From positions 1 to 64,000 of the IMG/VR virus record IMGVR_UViG_3300005253_000382: 64,000 nucleotides of DNA. One strand, given 5' to 3'. The DNA comes from an uncultured virus (IMG/VR IMGVR_UViG_3300005253_000382) (lineage: Duplodnaviria; Heunggongvirae; Uroviricota; Caudoviricetes). The translations under genes were made by a program, and so were the position numbers. This document shows, one piece after another, positions 10,547-20,560 of this stretch. The notes below the pieces were generated by a model. It saw only the letters and a program-made list of their open reading frames with translations. It was not told where the DNA came from and did not search any database. How positions within the stretch are numbered: position 1 is the stretch's first letter; each line of letters begins with the position of its first letter.

Positions 10547-11308
10547 TTATATTGTCCAGTCTCGTGAAGCCTTGACCAGCATGTAGTCAAGGTCAGCCGT
10601 CATAGAGGTAGTAGTGAGGGTCTGAAGAATAGCTTGAGCAGCTAAATCGGTAGTTGTAGAAACTGCTCCCTCTAACGTCTTTAATAGAACCCCGTCAATA
10701 TACCATCGGACAGTGCCGTTGTTGTCTACTTCAAGTCGCAGAACCTGCCATTCGCCAGTAGTGAGGGTGTTATCTAAATCAAGTTCAGTTGAATCAGTTA
10801 CCGCTGCCGCAACCCCACCTTTATAGACTGCATGCCAATCCGTGCTGTCAGTAGCTTCGGCTGAAAAAAGGAAGCCACAAACGTCAGAGGCACCATATAC
10901 AACAGTTGTGGCATTAGCCGTAGCAATATAGACTATACCAGTCTCAAGAATAGCCGTATCGGTATTAACATCCGAGAGACCAAAGAAAAATTCCTTGGTA
11001 GCAGCGGAGCTAAACTGAACACGGCATTCCAAAACAAGTGGAGCCATCTTTGCAACATCAAAACACAGGGCTGTGGTAAGCCCACAGGAGTGATTGTCTT
11101 CATCGGTTGTGGTAAGACGGGCAACTCCACTTAAAGTAGGGTCAGTCTCATTGACAATAACGCCTGAGTCGTCAGTTTCTATTCCCTGCCCGATAACCCT
11201 AAGAGCGCCTAGTGCACCTGAGGCAGCTGTTTCTGCGATAATCCATTCTGGGCCGCAAAAGTCTTCAAAGATTCTAATTCCACCTTTTCCACTTTGTTGT
11301 AAGGTCAT
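10547..11308 (-). CDS. Capsid decoration-like lectin-fold protein (paralogue of 11318-12076)
   Basis: FEDF.G.EWI.AETAASG, ECRVQF, GEWQ.LR.E.D.NGT.RWYIDG, RDWT shared with neighbour. Confidence 0.6.
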   Translation of the reverse strand: MTLQQSGKGGIRIFEDFCGPEWIIAETAASGALGALRVIGQGIETDDSGVIVNETDPTLSGVARLTTTDEDNHSCGLTTALCFDVAKMAPLVLECRVQFSSAATKEFFFGLSDVNTDTAILETGIVYIATANATTVVYGASDVCGFLFSAEATDSTDWHAVYKGGVAAAVTDSTELDLDNTLTTGEWQVLRLEVDNNGTVRWYIDGVLLKTLEGAVSTTTDLAAQAILQTLTTTSMTADLDYMLVKASRDWTI

Positions 11309-11317
11309 ATTTCCTCC

Positions 11318-12076
11318 TTACACCGTCCAGTCTCGATTAGCGCTGACATGCAAATAATCCACATAGCATACTTCCGCACCACCAGCGTGGTCGCCAAGTA
11401 AGGCTACAACAGCCAAGTCTTCTGTAGTTGAGGCAGCACCTGTGATGGTTTGCAATAGTGTGCCATCAATGTACCAGCGAGCCGTGCCGTTAGTGTCTAT
11501 CTCGAACCTCAGAATCTGCCATTCTCCGTTTACGATAAGGTTATTGGGAAAGTCAACTGATACTCCGAGTGTTGGCGCTGTTCTAGTTCCCCCCTTGTAG
11601 ACACCATGCCAAGAAGTTGCATAAGAAGTTGCCTCAGCATCAAAGTAGAAGCCGACAAAGTCATCTGCTGAAATAGTAAAAGTATTAGTAGAAATGGAGA
11701 TTATATCATCTTCAATGGATACGGTATCTGCATTTTCGTTGGTTAGACCGAAGGCAAAACCCTTGGTAAGTACATCAGCAAATTGCACACGGCACTCTGC
11801 AACCAATGTTCCCATCTTCCCAATCTCAAAACACAATGATGTACTAAGTCCTATAGCGTGGTTATCGTCTCCTGACGTTGTGTAAATACCTACACCACTC
11901 AGGGGAACTAGGGCTTCATCAACTATTATGCCCGAATCGCTCTGTTCGCCACCATCTCCAATAACCCTGAACGGGCCGAGGTCGCCTGAAGCAGCCGTCT
12001 CAGCAACAATCCACTCTGCCCCTAAGAAATCCTCAAATAACTCAATTCTTCCTGTGCCACTTTGTATAGTAGCCAT
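11318..12076 (-). CDS. Capsid decoration-like lectin-fold protein
   Basis: Downstream of MCP; paralogue of 10547. Confidence 0.6.
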   Translation of the reverse strand: MATIQSGTGRIELFEDFLGAEWIVAETAASGDLGPFRVIGDGGEQSDSGIIVDEALVPLSGVGIYTTSGDDNHAIGLSTSLCFEIGKMGTLVAECRVQFADVLTKGFAFGLTNENADTVSIEDDIISISTNTFTISADDFVGFYFDAEATSYATSWHGVYKGGTRTAPTLGVSVDFPNNLIVNGEWQILRFEIDTNGTARWYIDGTLLQTITGAASTTEDLAVVALLGDHAGGAEVCYVDYLHVSANRDWTV

Positions 12077-12289
12077 TTATTTCTCCCTTAAGAGTTTTAA
12101 CTCTTTTTCCAAATTTCTTATCCTCGCCACATAAGGGGCAGTTACCTGACCCAAATGAACAGGATTTCTGGGGATAGCAGCAAGATTCTCTATATGAACG
12201 TCTCCCCTATTTCCGTTCAGAGAGTGAATTAACCACCCTTTAGGGATTAGACCGTGATGCTCTTGCCATACTTCACGTCTTTCGCTCAT
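12077..12289 (-). CDS. Minimal, possibly degenerate HNH endonuclease
   Basis: VWQEHHGLIPKGWLIHSLNGNRGDVHIENL resembles HNH_3 with substitutions. Confidence 0.65.
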   Translation of the reverse strand: MSERREVWQEHHGLIPKGWLIHSLNGNRGDVHIENLAAIPRNPVHLGQVTAPYVARIRNLEKELKLLREK

Positions 12290-12301
12290 TCATTAACTCT
12301 T

Positions 12302-13177
12302 CTAAGAAGTTGGAGCAGTCGCATCTGACTTTATCTGGTATACCCAGTTTGAAAGCCTGATACCATAAGCATATTCATCATAGTGATAAACATGATCTCC
12401 ACCACCACCCCTCTTCTCATTCCTTACGGATATGATTCGGGGGGCACGACCTTGAACCAGGATAATTCCCTCCATAGCAAAGACACCACCAATAGCATCA
12501 TCCGAACCATCTATAGTGATGTTGCCATCCTCATAAACCTCCACACCTGCTATTGGGAGGTCAAACCTGTTCTGGAATACTCTGGCAGTTGGGCCTTCAT
12601 CAACCACATACGCCCCTACACCAGCTACTAGTTCGTCATAGAGGTCTTTTAGCTGGAAGCCGTGACTCACAAACCGTATTGGTTTATGCCCAGGCTCAGT
12701 AGTATTAGAAGTAACATTGTAGGAAGCTGCGGCAACATAGCCCGAAGTTAAAGTCGTTCCAGCACCAGGGGAAGCTGTAGTACCAGCACTGGCAAATAAT
12801 ACCAGCCCATCCTCATCCTTCTTCCTCTGAATTGCGTTCTGCCCAAGACTACCTATCTTAGATAAGCCTATTTTGCTGATTCTCGCCCCTACCCGGTCAG
12901 TGATAAATGTCTCAATACCCACCACTGTCGGAGTAATTGTTATCAGTGAATCAACTAACTGCTGAGGGTTTTCCAAATCCGTATTTTCAGTTATAGCCTG
13001 TGCGGTTAACTGGTCATACTTGATTTCCTGCCACGAAAGACCAATGCCCTCACCAAGCATTGCTTTATCTACCAATTGGGGCATAACCCCCTCAAATTCC
13101 CTGACTATCCTTGCTGAAGAACGGACATCATCCAAACTATCAGCAAGTGAGCCAGTGGTTGTCCATCCTGCTGGCAT
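12302..13177 (-). CDS. Major capsid protein A
   Basis: 291 aa following scaffold; alignable by eye with 61436-62329 (ITP..VG....TD; G....EDGN; ER/KR...E.YG). Confidence 0.8.
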   Translation of the reverse strand: MPAGWTTTGSLADSLDDVRSSARIVREFEGVMPQLVDKAMLGEGIGLSWQEIKYDQLTAQAITENTDLENPQQLVDSLITITPTVVGIETFITDRVGARISKIGLSKIGSLGQNAIQRKKDEDGLVLFASAGTTASPGAGTTLTSGYVAAASYNVTSNTTEPGHKPIRFVSHGFQLKDLYDELVAGVGAYVVDEGPTARVFQNRFDLPIAGVEVYEDGNITIDGSDDAIGGVFAMEGIILVQGRAPRIISVRNEKRGGGGDHVYHYDEYAYGIRLSNWVYQIKSDATAPTS

Positions 13178-13188
13178 ATTATTTCTCC

Positions 13189-13971
13189 TTATGCGGTTTC
13201 TAGTTTCCTAGCCCGCTTCATATTTACTTGAGTATTAGGAAGTTCACCCGAACCCCAAGCTCTTTTGAACTCAGCATCGGAATCATCCCCACTACCACCT
13301 CCTGCGGTAGTATCTACCAAGTCAAGATTTAACTCTTTGCGATTTCTAAGGTTCTGTTCCTCAATCTTCGCTGTAAGTCTCTTTTCCATATCTGTTTCAG
13401 CCACCTTTTTCTCTTCACTTATTATCTTTGCCACGGAAGCGTCTAATCTCGCTCTGGCTTCGGGCAAATCCCTTGAACCCTCGCCCCAATCCAATCTTTT
13501 ATCGTCTCTCGGTATTCCAAGGTTATCCAGATTAGTCAAAACTTGGGTGTTGATCCTTCCCCAAAAGTCAGCATCCTGTTGTTTCTGTGCATCTTCCTGT
13601 GCGGTTGACTGAAAGTACTTATCTTGTTCTCGGTATCTTGCCAGTTCTATGTCCTTTTGAGTTTCCTCATCAAGACCTTTAAAACTGGTCTCATAGGCAT
13701 TGGCTTTACTCTCGGCAAACCTAGCCCGTTTTTCGGTATTTATATTGCGGTCTTGTTCACTTTGTAGTTGTCGCCGACCCGCTTCTACTGCTTGCTTGGT
13801 AGCTTCATCTGTAGCCTGTGCCACCATCTGCTGTATCCTAGCCTCTTGCTCTTCATTAAAAGGCTGTTCTTTAGGTTCGCCCTCTGGTTTAACTTCGGGC
13901 TTAACCTCTGGCAAAACATCTTTGCCTTCTGGCAAAACTGCTTCTGGTTGAACGTTCTCTTTGTCGCTCAT
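13189..13971 (-). CDS. Capsid scaffolding protein A
   Basis: Acidic coiled-coil protein directly upstream of MCP. Confidence 0.7.
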   Translation of the reverse strand: MSDKENVQPEAVLPEGKDVLPEVKPEVKPEGEPKEQPFNEEQEARIQQMVAQATDEATKQAVEAGRRQLQSEQDRNINTEKRARFAESKANAYETSFKGLDEETQKDIELARYREQDKYFQSTAQEDAQKQQDADFWGRINTQVLTNLDNLGIPRDDKRLDWGEGSRDLPEARARLDASVAKIISEEKKVAETDMEKRLTAKIEEQNLRNRKELNLDLVDTTAGGGSGDDSDAEFKRAWGSGELPNTQVNMKRARKLETA

Positions 13972-14100
13972 CTTTACCTCCTAGTTAATTCCGCCTACCC
14001 TGAACCCCTTTTTATATGGGTTCAACCCACCCTTAAATGTCCAACAAAATGTCCACGTTTTTAGTCTCAATTTGACGTTTACATGTCCACTCCGATGTCT

Positions 14101-14150
14101 AAAATAAAAAAAGCCCACCAAGGGCTTCATGAGCCTCTTAAATGGGCTAT
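14101..14150 (-). terminator. Intrinsic terminator/attenuator upstream of scaffold A
   Basis: Minus strand: AGCCCA...TGGGCT stem followed by TTTTTTATTTT. Confidence 0.6.
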
Positions 14151-14178
14151 CTATGTAGCTCTAAATATTTAAGAATAT

Positions 14179-14304
14179 ACTTATCGGCTAGGGATTTGAA
14201 TTTCTGTCACCCTAGATGTCTCCGCTTCATCGGCTTTCACACCTTTACATTAGCATTGACTCGCCTTCACGCTAGAGCGTCTACCTATTCCGCCACCAAT
14301 AAGT
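14179..14304 (-). ncRNA. tRNA-like structured RNA (non-canonical)
   Basis: Closing stem CTTATTGG/CCGATAAG, D-arm-like TGGCGGAATAGGTAGACGC, T-arm-like CTAGGG...TTCAAATCCCTAG; no canonical anticodon arm. Confidence 0.55.
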
Positions 14305-14343
14305 TATTCCATTTTTAAGGTTCTACGTCTATCGGCTATCTTA

Positions 14344-14670
14344 TTATACCACAAGTGGATATTTTGCACTTTTTGCCTTATGATGCTTCTTGCAAAGCCA
14401 AGTAATCTCTAATGGTTTTGAGTAATCTTCGTGATGCCGCTCACCCGATGCTTCGCAGCCACCTGCGCTGCATACTTGGGCAGGCAAACCCCTGAAGGCA
14501 TAGGTCTGGGCACGATGGCGTTCAGGATTTTCTTGTGCGTATGCTATCCGCCAATCATAGTGTTTTCCCTTGTTCTCCTGATACCACTTATGAAAATTCC
14601 TGCGGTTTACATCAGGATGCAACGCCATCCACTTCCTGTTATATTCTCTCCGTTTCTCAATACTATTCAT
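14344..14670 (-). CDS. HNH-like endonuclease, probably leaderless
   Basis: C..C...HHEDYSKPLEITWLCKKHH; TTGACT-17-TATGAT ends 6 nt before ATG 14670. Confidence 0.7.
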   Translation of the reverse strand: MNSIEKRREYNRKWMALHPDVNRRNFHKWYQENKGKHYDWRIAYAQENPERHRAQTYAFRGLPAQVCSAGGCEASGERHHEDYSKPLEITWLCKKHHKAKSAKYPLVV

Positions 14671-14701
14671 ATCACTATCATACCACACCTTTACTAGAAA
14701 G

Positions 14702-14878
14702 TCAAAGCGTACTCTTCATTATTTTAGTAATTGCTTCCAACATCTTACTTCTTTTGAATATATTAAACCGCTTGCAAGTAGAACGAGGGCATACAGTTTC
14801 AAAGTCTAAATTAACTGTAAACCTTCCAAGTTTCTTATTACAGCCATCACATCTACAGTATCCTTGTTCGTCTATCAT
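14702..14878 (-). CDS. Small zinc-ribbon protein (Mu Com-like)
   Basis: Hand translation MIDEQGYCRCDGCNKKLG...CPRSTCKRFN (58 aa). Confidence 0.55.
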   Translation of the reverse strand: MIDEQGYCRCDGCNKKLGRFTVNLDFETVCPRSTCKRFNIFKRSKMLEAITKIMKSTL

Positions 14879-15199
14879 TGCTTAGTTAATTTGCCTCCAC
14901 GCTCAACATGATACAGTAAGCGCATTTGGCTCATAGCCTCTTCCCTTGTAGCATGGGTTCCTTTTACATGACCAGTTTCAGAATTTATCGTAACCCACTT
15001 ATTTCCTCTCTTGTGGACGGCGTATGGCATCACCTTCCTCCCTCAATTTGATATATTCCGTACAGGTCTTGGCATATGGCATGTTTGTCTTTATTATTTC
15101 CCTTGCTGTGTATAAGTAATAAATTGCCGATGGTTTGCGCACTATTTCTTCCCTTTCGGCTTTGGATGCCCTTTAGTAGCTTTGTATGGCTTACTTCCT

Positions 15200-15463
15200 T
15201 TATGTGGCATTGCTTTCTCCTTTTAATGGTTCCCTTGTAATTGTTTGGTGTCCGCATTTCTTGTGCAGTTGCGTGGTATACAACGGGAGCACTGGAACGA
15301 CATAATCCCCCTCTGTATATTCAGGCATTTCAGAATGTTCTATTAAAACATCTAATACACCCACCTTATCACAACTACTGCGAATATCCACAATCCTGCC
15401 ATCTTCAAAGTGTAGCCAACTCAACAAAACCTTGTTTGTAATAGATACTTTACCTAGTTTCAT
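15200..15463 (-). CDS. Hypothetical protein
   Basis: GGAGG SD; in operon. Confidence 0.6.
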   Translation of the reverse strand: MKLGKVSITNKVLLSWLHFEDGRIVDIRSSCDKVGVLDVLIEHSEMPEYTEGDYVVPVLPLYTTQLHKKCGHQTITREPLKGESNAT

Positions 15464-15472
15464 TTCCCCCTC

Positions 15473-18400
15473 CTAAAATCTATAGAATTGGTTTAACGCA
15501 TTTGTTATCTCTTGGCTCGTCATTTTCAGTTGTCTCTTAAGTAACGCTATCTGCCTTCTGGCAAAAACTATTTGGGGATAAGAAAACAGCATTATTTTCG
15601 CCTGTCGAGGGTCTGTTCTTTCTAAAATCTTAATCTGGTCTGATATTTGTTTTAATCCTGGCAGTTGACTCCATACCTGTCTTTCTATATCCCAATAGGG
15701 TTGTAAAACCCGTCTGGCCTCTCTAAGCATCTTTACCGCAGATGGCTCATCTACTCTACGTTCCCCAATCACAGATTCTACAGAATTAAGCGCTTCTATT
15801 CCATATTGCTGTATAAAAAGATTTCTTCGCCTATCGGCTTCGTCAAACCTATATTCTCCAAATTCATCATATAAATCTGGCGCATACATTATCTGATTAT
15901 AGTCACGATATAAAAGTTTTTGGGGTTGCATATCAGCCCTTTGCTCTTCTGTTAGTGGCACATTAAAGGTATCTCTTACAATAACAAAGCGGTCTTGTTT
16001 AAGTAAATCGTTCATCATCTGGGCTTTAAGCCAATATGCTTGATTAACCCTTTCTCTTAATTGGCTGCCATTCCCTGTAGTTTCAAACTGTCTCGATGCT
16101 TGATTAAGTTCTTGTGTAACCATTACACCGATACGGTCAGCTTGTTGAGTATATTCATTCCATACTAACTGTTCACTACGAGCAAACTTCTCAGATTGTT
16201 CTGCTGTTTTAGCTGTTAAATCCTGTAATTCTTGGTCTCTGGATAATTGGGACTGAAGCAGAAAACCATCTGGGCGTTGCCCTAATTCATCCCAAGTCAC
16301 TCCATATTGCTCTTGAGCCAATTCATCCTGCCTGTCTTTTAGTTCGGCATAAGCACTTTGGGGATAAGCCCGCATACCTCCAAATTCTCCTATCCCCCTT
16401 GTTACTCTTGCTGCAAAATCGCCACCCTCTAAAGCTACACTTTGCACCCAGATAGGGAGTAGATTCTCTGCTAATATTGTTTTTGTTAAACTAGGCAATC
16501 CATCCCTTGTCGGGTCGCCCATAAAATCCTTGCCTGAAATTAAATCCATACTTGTTCTAAGGAATGGTGAGAAATTACCTTGTAAAAATCTACCCGCATA
16601 AAAGGCGGTATCTTCTGGTCTCTTTGTCATCTTCCCAAAAGTAGCAAGTAAACTTCTAACCTTTGAACCAGGCCCAATTCTTTGCCCCACTATATCCCAA
16701 GTCATAAAATTAGTTGATAATGGATTGAGATGGTCTACAATTTCTTCTTCTGATTCCCCCATAGCCATCGAGACAGCTACGGTCATTGCCATTATCGCAG
16801 CCGTACCCTTTGCCACGGCTTGTCTGGCTAATTGTCCCCTTAAATTCCCTTGCGTGAGGTCATACATTAAAGCCCCAATAGCACGATTATATTGAGGAGC
16901 GAGTATCACCCCTCTCTCTATTTGCCTTTGTCCACTTGATATTCCTATTCTTGTAGTATTAAGTAACCCCCTGAATTCATTTATAAAAGCATCTACTTGT
17001 GCTCTACGTGCAGCAGTAGTTCCAAGATGTTCATAGGCTTCTGCCATATAAATTCCCGCAGTATCCAAAGCAGACTCAAATCCTCTTTGGAATGGTTCCA
17101 GTACTTTGCCCGCTATTTTCAAGGGGCCTTTTCTGAGTAACCCCCCTTTAGCCATAGCTTCGGTCATTTCTGTAGAACCGCCTCTGGTTAATATTAACCC
17201 AGGATGCCTCTGAATAGTTCCGATATGCTTTGCCAAAAAGTTATCGTGATATAAAGGATCAAACATTGCTCTAACAAACCCGCCCATTGCTTTACCATAA
17301 ATCTTGGGATGGGCACCAGCTAAGAAGATAAGCTGGATACCAAACGGACTCATATCTCCTGCTAGGGCAAAATACCTTCCCACAGCATTAACCTGATTGA
17401 TTGCACTAAGTGCAGCGTTAAATTGAGGGTTTAATTCGTTACGGATTATATTTACATATTCCTTAGCTTCTGGGCTAGTGAAGACTTTGCCCGCAAACGC
17501 CGGTATATCAGGAGCAATTGCTCCGCCAAATGGTGCTCTACGGGCTTTAGCAAGAGCATCTTTCCATATAGGTTCTATTTCTGCTAATTCTACTAGCCTA
17601 TCATCTAATCGCTTACTAACATCAAGAACCTTCTGATAAGCCGCTTCGTTTCTATTAGCTACATTAGCATAGGTTCTCGCTAACTTATTGGCATACCTCT
17701 TCTCCGCACTAAGTCTTCCCTTGAGATAACTTACATTTTGCTTCAATGCTTGTCTTGTGGTTACTTCACTGAGTAAATCCCCAACTTCCTCTGTTGCTCT
17801 AAATGTAACTCCTTGTTGGCGTTCAATGTCTCTCGCACTCTGTTTAAGTTTCTTGTGTGCATTTCTTAGAGACGCCCTAGCTCCTGTAACCCCAGTTCTA
17901 AAGAAGTTAACTTGTGCCTTCAAGTCTTCTGGACCTGCAGTGGTTCGCCAAGGAACTCTCTCTAGAAACCAATCTGTATATTGTCTATTTGCGACACTAT
18001 TATAAGCACCAGTGATATTATAATAAAGGGCTTCTTCTTCGGGAAGATAGCGGAATCCGTCTCTAATGGCATCATTTATATCTTCATATTGCCTTGATTT
18101 GAGTGCTGCTGTCTTTGCGCCAGGTCTACCTGGTTGTCCTCGTCCTATATAAGCAGTATCTATTAGATTACCTTCGGCATCAAACTTGCCCAGAACCCGC
18201 CTACCCGCATATACACCACCCTCTTCAAAGGTTAATTCGGGAACTTCTATACCATATCTTTCAAATAATGCCTTCTTTTCCCGTTCTAATAATTGAGCCT
18301 GTTCTATCCACGCCCTTTGTGGTTCAGTTAAATCATCCCAATATTTCTTAGGAAAGGTTCTAATCTCATTAAGATGAACCTGCTTGCCCCGAATAGCCAT

Positions 18401-19381
18401 TAGACCATCATCGGTCAACTTAAACAATCGCCTAGAATCACCCATTCTATTCAACGTAGCAATAGCTGCCGTAGCTTTATTGGAACCCTCAAATCTTAAT
18501 ACATCTCTTCCTACTAATGATAATGTGGCTGGATTATTAGCTGTAGCCATTCTGCCACCTATAGCACTGGCTAATCCCTTCAGGGGGTTTCTGCCCCCAA
18601 TCTCCATATTAACCAAACTTCGTAATTTACTCGGTTGAGTTGCAATAGATATAGCATCATCTACTGGCTGTAAGTCAGCAAGAATACGAGCGCCAGCATC
18701 TGCAATTCTAGGTGCAATCTTCTTTGCCGCTATTGAAAGTGGTTTAGTTATCGGATAGGCCAATGCTCTCTCCGCAGCAATAACAGGGCGCAATGCCTTT
18801 TGTCCCAGCGAGGCAGCCCGCACTAGACCCCCAAGACCAGTTTTCACGCCCACAGCACCTAGCCCAGCCAATCCCCCAGTGGCTAAAGCCGTAGCAAACC
18901 AAGGAATTGTCTCTAAAGCACCTTTAACGCCAATAGTCCACGGCTTATCCCTTATCTCTTGTGGTGTCCAAGGAAGTCTAAAAAGAGGTTGAACTTGAAA
19001 ACTCGGTTCATCCCAAGCCTCATATTCAGCCCTTTCTCTTTGCCACCACGGAAGATTCTCCGTCCCTGCAACCGAAGGAGTAAATGGGGCAGCTAAAAAT
19101 GTACCCGCAGCTTGCTCGGCAGTTCTTATCCAGTTTAATGGGTGTTGCCACCAAGGAATGTCTTGAGGGGCTTGTATGGGCGTTGTAGGCTGTCTGGTGA
19201 TAGGTTGAGGGGCTTGTTGCGATTGAAACCCCCCTAACTTAAGTTCAGGTAATCTCTTTAATTGTTCAAGGGCAGTATTTCTCTCTAACTCCCCCATCTC
19301 TTTAAGTCTCTGGGGAAGTTGCTTACGAAATATATCTAAGGCTTCTGGTGAAAGTGCCCTAACTTGTCTTTCTAAAGTCAT
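15473..19381 (-). CDS. Large internal virion/ejection protein
   Basis: 1302 aa helical protein between portal and scaffold, typical of podovirus-like phages. Confidence 0.6.
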   Translation of the reverse strand: MTLERQVRALSPEALDIFRKQLPQRLKEMGELERNTALEQLKRLPELKLGGFQSQQAPQPITRQPTTPIQAPQDIPWWQHPLNWIRTAEQAAGTFLAAPFTPSVAGTENLPWWQRERAEYEAWDEPSFQVQPLFRLPWTPQEIRDKPWTIGVKGALETIPWFATALATGGLAGLGAVGVKTGLGGLVRAASLGQKALRPVIAAERALAYPITKPLSIAAKKIAPRIADAGARILADLQPVDDAISIATQPSKLRSLVNMEIGGRNPLKGLASAIGGRMATANNPATLSLVGRDVLRFEGSNKATAAIATLNRMGDSRRLFKLTDDGLMAIRGKQVHLNEIRTFPKKYWDDLTEPQRAWIEQAQLLEREKKALFERYGIEVPELTFEEGGVYAGRRVLGKFDAEGNLIDTAYIGRGQPGRPGAKTAALKSRQYEDINDAIRDGFRYLPEEEALYYNITGAYNSVANRQYTDWFLERVPWRTTAGPEDLKAQVNFFRTGVTGARASLRNAHKKLKQSARDIERQQGVTFRATEEVGDLLSEVTTRQALKQNVSYLKGRLSAEKRYANKLARTYANVANRNEAAYQKVLDVSKRLDDRLVELAEIEPIWKDALAKARRAPFGGAIAPDIPAFAGKVFTSPEAKEYVNIIRNELNPQFNAALSAINQVNAVGRYFALAGDMSPFGIQLIFLAGAHPKIYGKAMGGFVRAMFDPLYHDNFLAKHIGTIQRHPGLILTRGGSTEMTEAMAKGGLLRKGPLKIAGKVLEPFQRGFESALDTAGIYMAEAYEHLGTTAARRAQVDAFINEFRGLLNTTRIGISSGQRQIERGVILAPQYNRAIGALMYDLTQGNLRGQLARQAVAKGTAAIMAMTVAVSMAMGESEEEIVDHLNPLSTNFMTWDIVGQRIGPGSKVRSLLATFGKMTKRPEDTAFYAGRFLQGNFSPFLRTSMDLISGKDFMGDPTRDGLPSLTKTILAENLLPIWVQSVALEGGDFAARVTRGIGEFGGMRAYPQSAYAELKDRQDELAQEQYGVTWDELGQRPDGFLLQSQLSRDQELQDLTAKTAEQSEKFARSEQLVWNEYTQQADRIGVMVTQELNQASRQFETTGNGSQLRERVNQAYWLKAQMMNDLLKQDRFVIVRDTFNVPLTEEQRADMQPQKLLYRDYNQIMYAPDLYDEFGEYRFDEADRRRNLFIQQYGIEALNSVESVIGERRVDEPSAVKMLREARRVLQPYWDIERQVWSQLPGLKQISDQIKILERTDPRQAKIMLFSYPQIVFARRQIALLKRQLKMTSQEITNALNQFYRF

Positions 19382-20401
19382 TTATCTAAACCTGCTAAAT
19401 CCCCCAAATCGCCCTGTAGGCGCTCGTCCTGCACCTAACCTGAATTGAGTCTCTTGTGGCGCAGCACCTGTTCTTGCTTGTCTATATCCTAAGAATTGAG
19501 CCTGTGCTGTCGGCCCCCATCTAGCCTGAAGTTGAGCAGATGGAGTTGTCAATTGGGGCAAATCCCCGAAACTCTGTATATCCCTTTGACCTGCTTGCCC
19601 TTGGAATCCTGGTATGGGTTGACCTGCCTGTAATCCTTGAGGAGTTACATCCCCACCCACATTCTGAAATCCTAATGGAATCATCCAAGGTTGTATAACA
19701 GGGGGTTCTCCTGTATAAGCAGAATATTGTAACCAGTTTATCGGGTTAGCAGCTAGTTGCGACCTGTATTGCCTTTCTTCTTCTTCTGCAGCGAATCTTG
19801 CTTGCTCCTGTTGAAATTCTAATTGTGCTTGAAATTGTGTTTCCGCTTGACCTAACTGTTGTTGTTGAAACCCTAATTGCTGCTGTCTAAAAAGTTCCTC
19901 TCTCCTTGATTGTTCTCGCTGTGTAAGAAGTTGCTCTTGTTGAAATGCTGTAATATCCCGTGGTTCTAATTGCTGTCGTTGAAGGTCTAATTGTTGTCGT
20001 TGGTAAGGGGTTATTGAAGGAGTGGCCTTTTTCCGCCTAACATCAAAATTACCAAACTCATTCTTGTAAACTTCCCAATTCTCATTGGGAAGCGAGCCAA
20101 GTGCCTCCTTAAAGGTTTCAAAGCCCATCCGTCCCCTTCCCCCTAAATCCACTCCTGCAGCTTCCTTTTCTGCAGCACGCCTTTGTGCTGCTTTCTGGGG
20201 AACTGTAAGTTTGGGGGGTTCTACTAAACCAGCCCTTTCTTCGGGCTGTAACCCCCTCAAAATATCAAAAGTGCGGGGTGTAAGTTGTGCAATCGGTCTA
20301 GCCGCAGGAGCACGTTGACCAAGTAGTCCCTGAAATAAACTTGCTTTTGTGGGGTCACTCCACGGGAATAGATTTCTTCTCCAATCAAATCCATCTGGCA
20401 T
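19382..20401 (-). CDS. Gln-rich internal (pilot-like) virion protein
   Basis: Q-rich coiled coil; adjacent to large internal protein. Confidence 0.5.
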   Translation of the reverse strand: MPDGFDWRRNLFPWSDPTKASLFQGLLGQRAPAARPIAQLTPRTFDILRGLQPEERAGLVEPPKLTVPQKAAQRRAAEKEAAGVDLGGRGRMGFETFKEALGSLPNENWEVYKNEFGNFDVRRKKATPSITPYQRQQLDLQRQQLEPRDITAFQQEQLLTQREQSRREELFRQQQLGFQQQQLGQAETQFQAQLEFQQEQARFAAEEEERQYRSQLAANPINWLQYSAYTGEPPVIQPWMIPLGFQNVGGDVTPQGLQAGQPIPGFQGQAGQRDIQSFGDLPQLTTPSAQLQARWGPTAQAQFLGYRQARTGAAPQETQFRLGAGRAPTGRFGGFSRFR

Positions 20402-20560
20402 TATGTTTCCTCCTCAAGTTTTTTCATTTCCCGAAACGCTTTTTCAAATTCTTTCTTCTCTAATTGTTCTCTGAATTGTATTAAGGGCAGTATATCTTCG
20501 GCAATAACTTCCCTCATCAATTCAAGGTCTTCCTTAACTAATTCCTGCATAATTTCTAGG

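Noticed and set aside
14179..14304. Canonical tRNA-Leu gene
   Set aside because: No 7-nt anticodon loop in the correct position and an oversized T-loop; kept only as tRNA-like.
19850..20005. CAA/CAG-rich repeat tract
   Set aside because: Simply encodes the Gln-rich coiled coil of 19382-20401.
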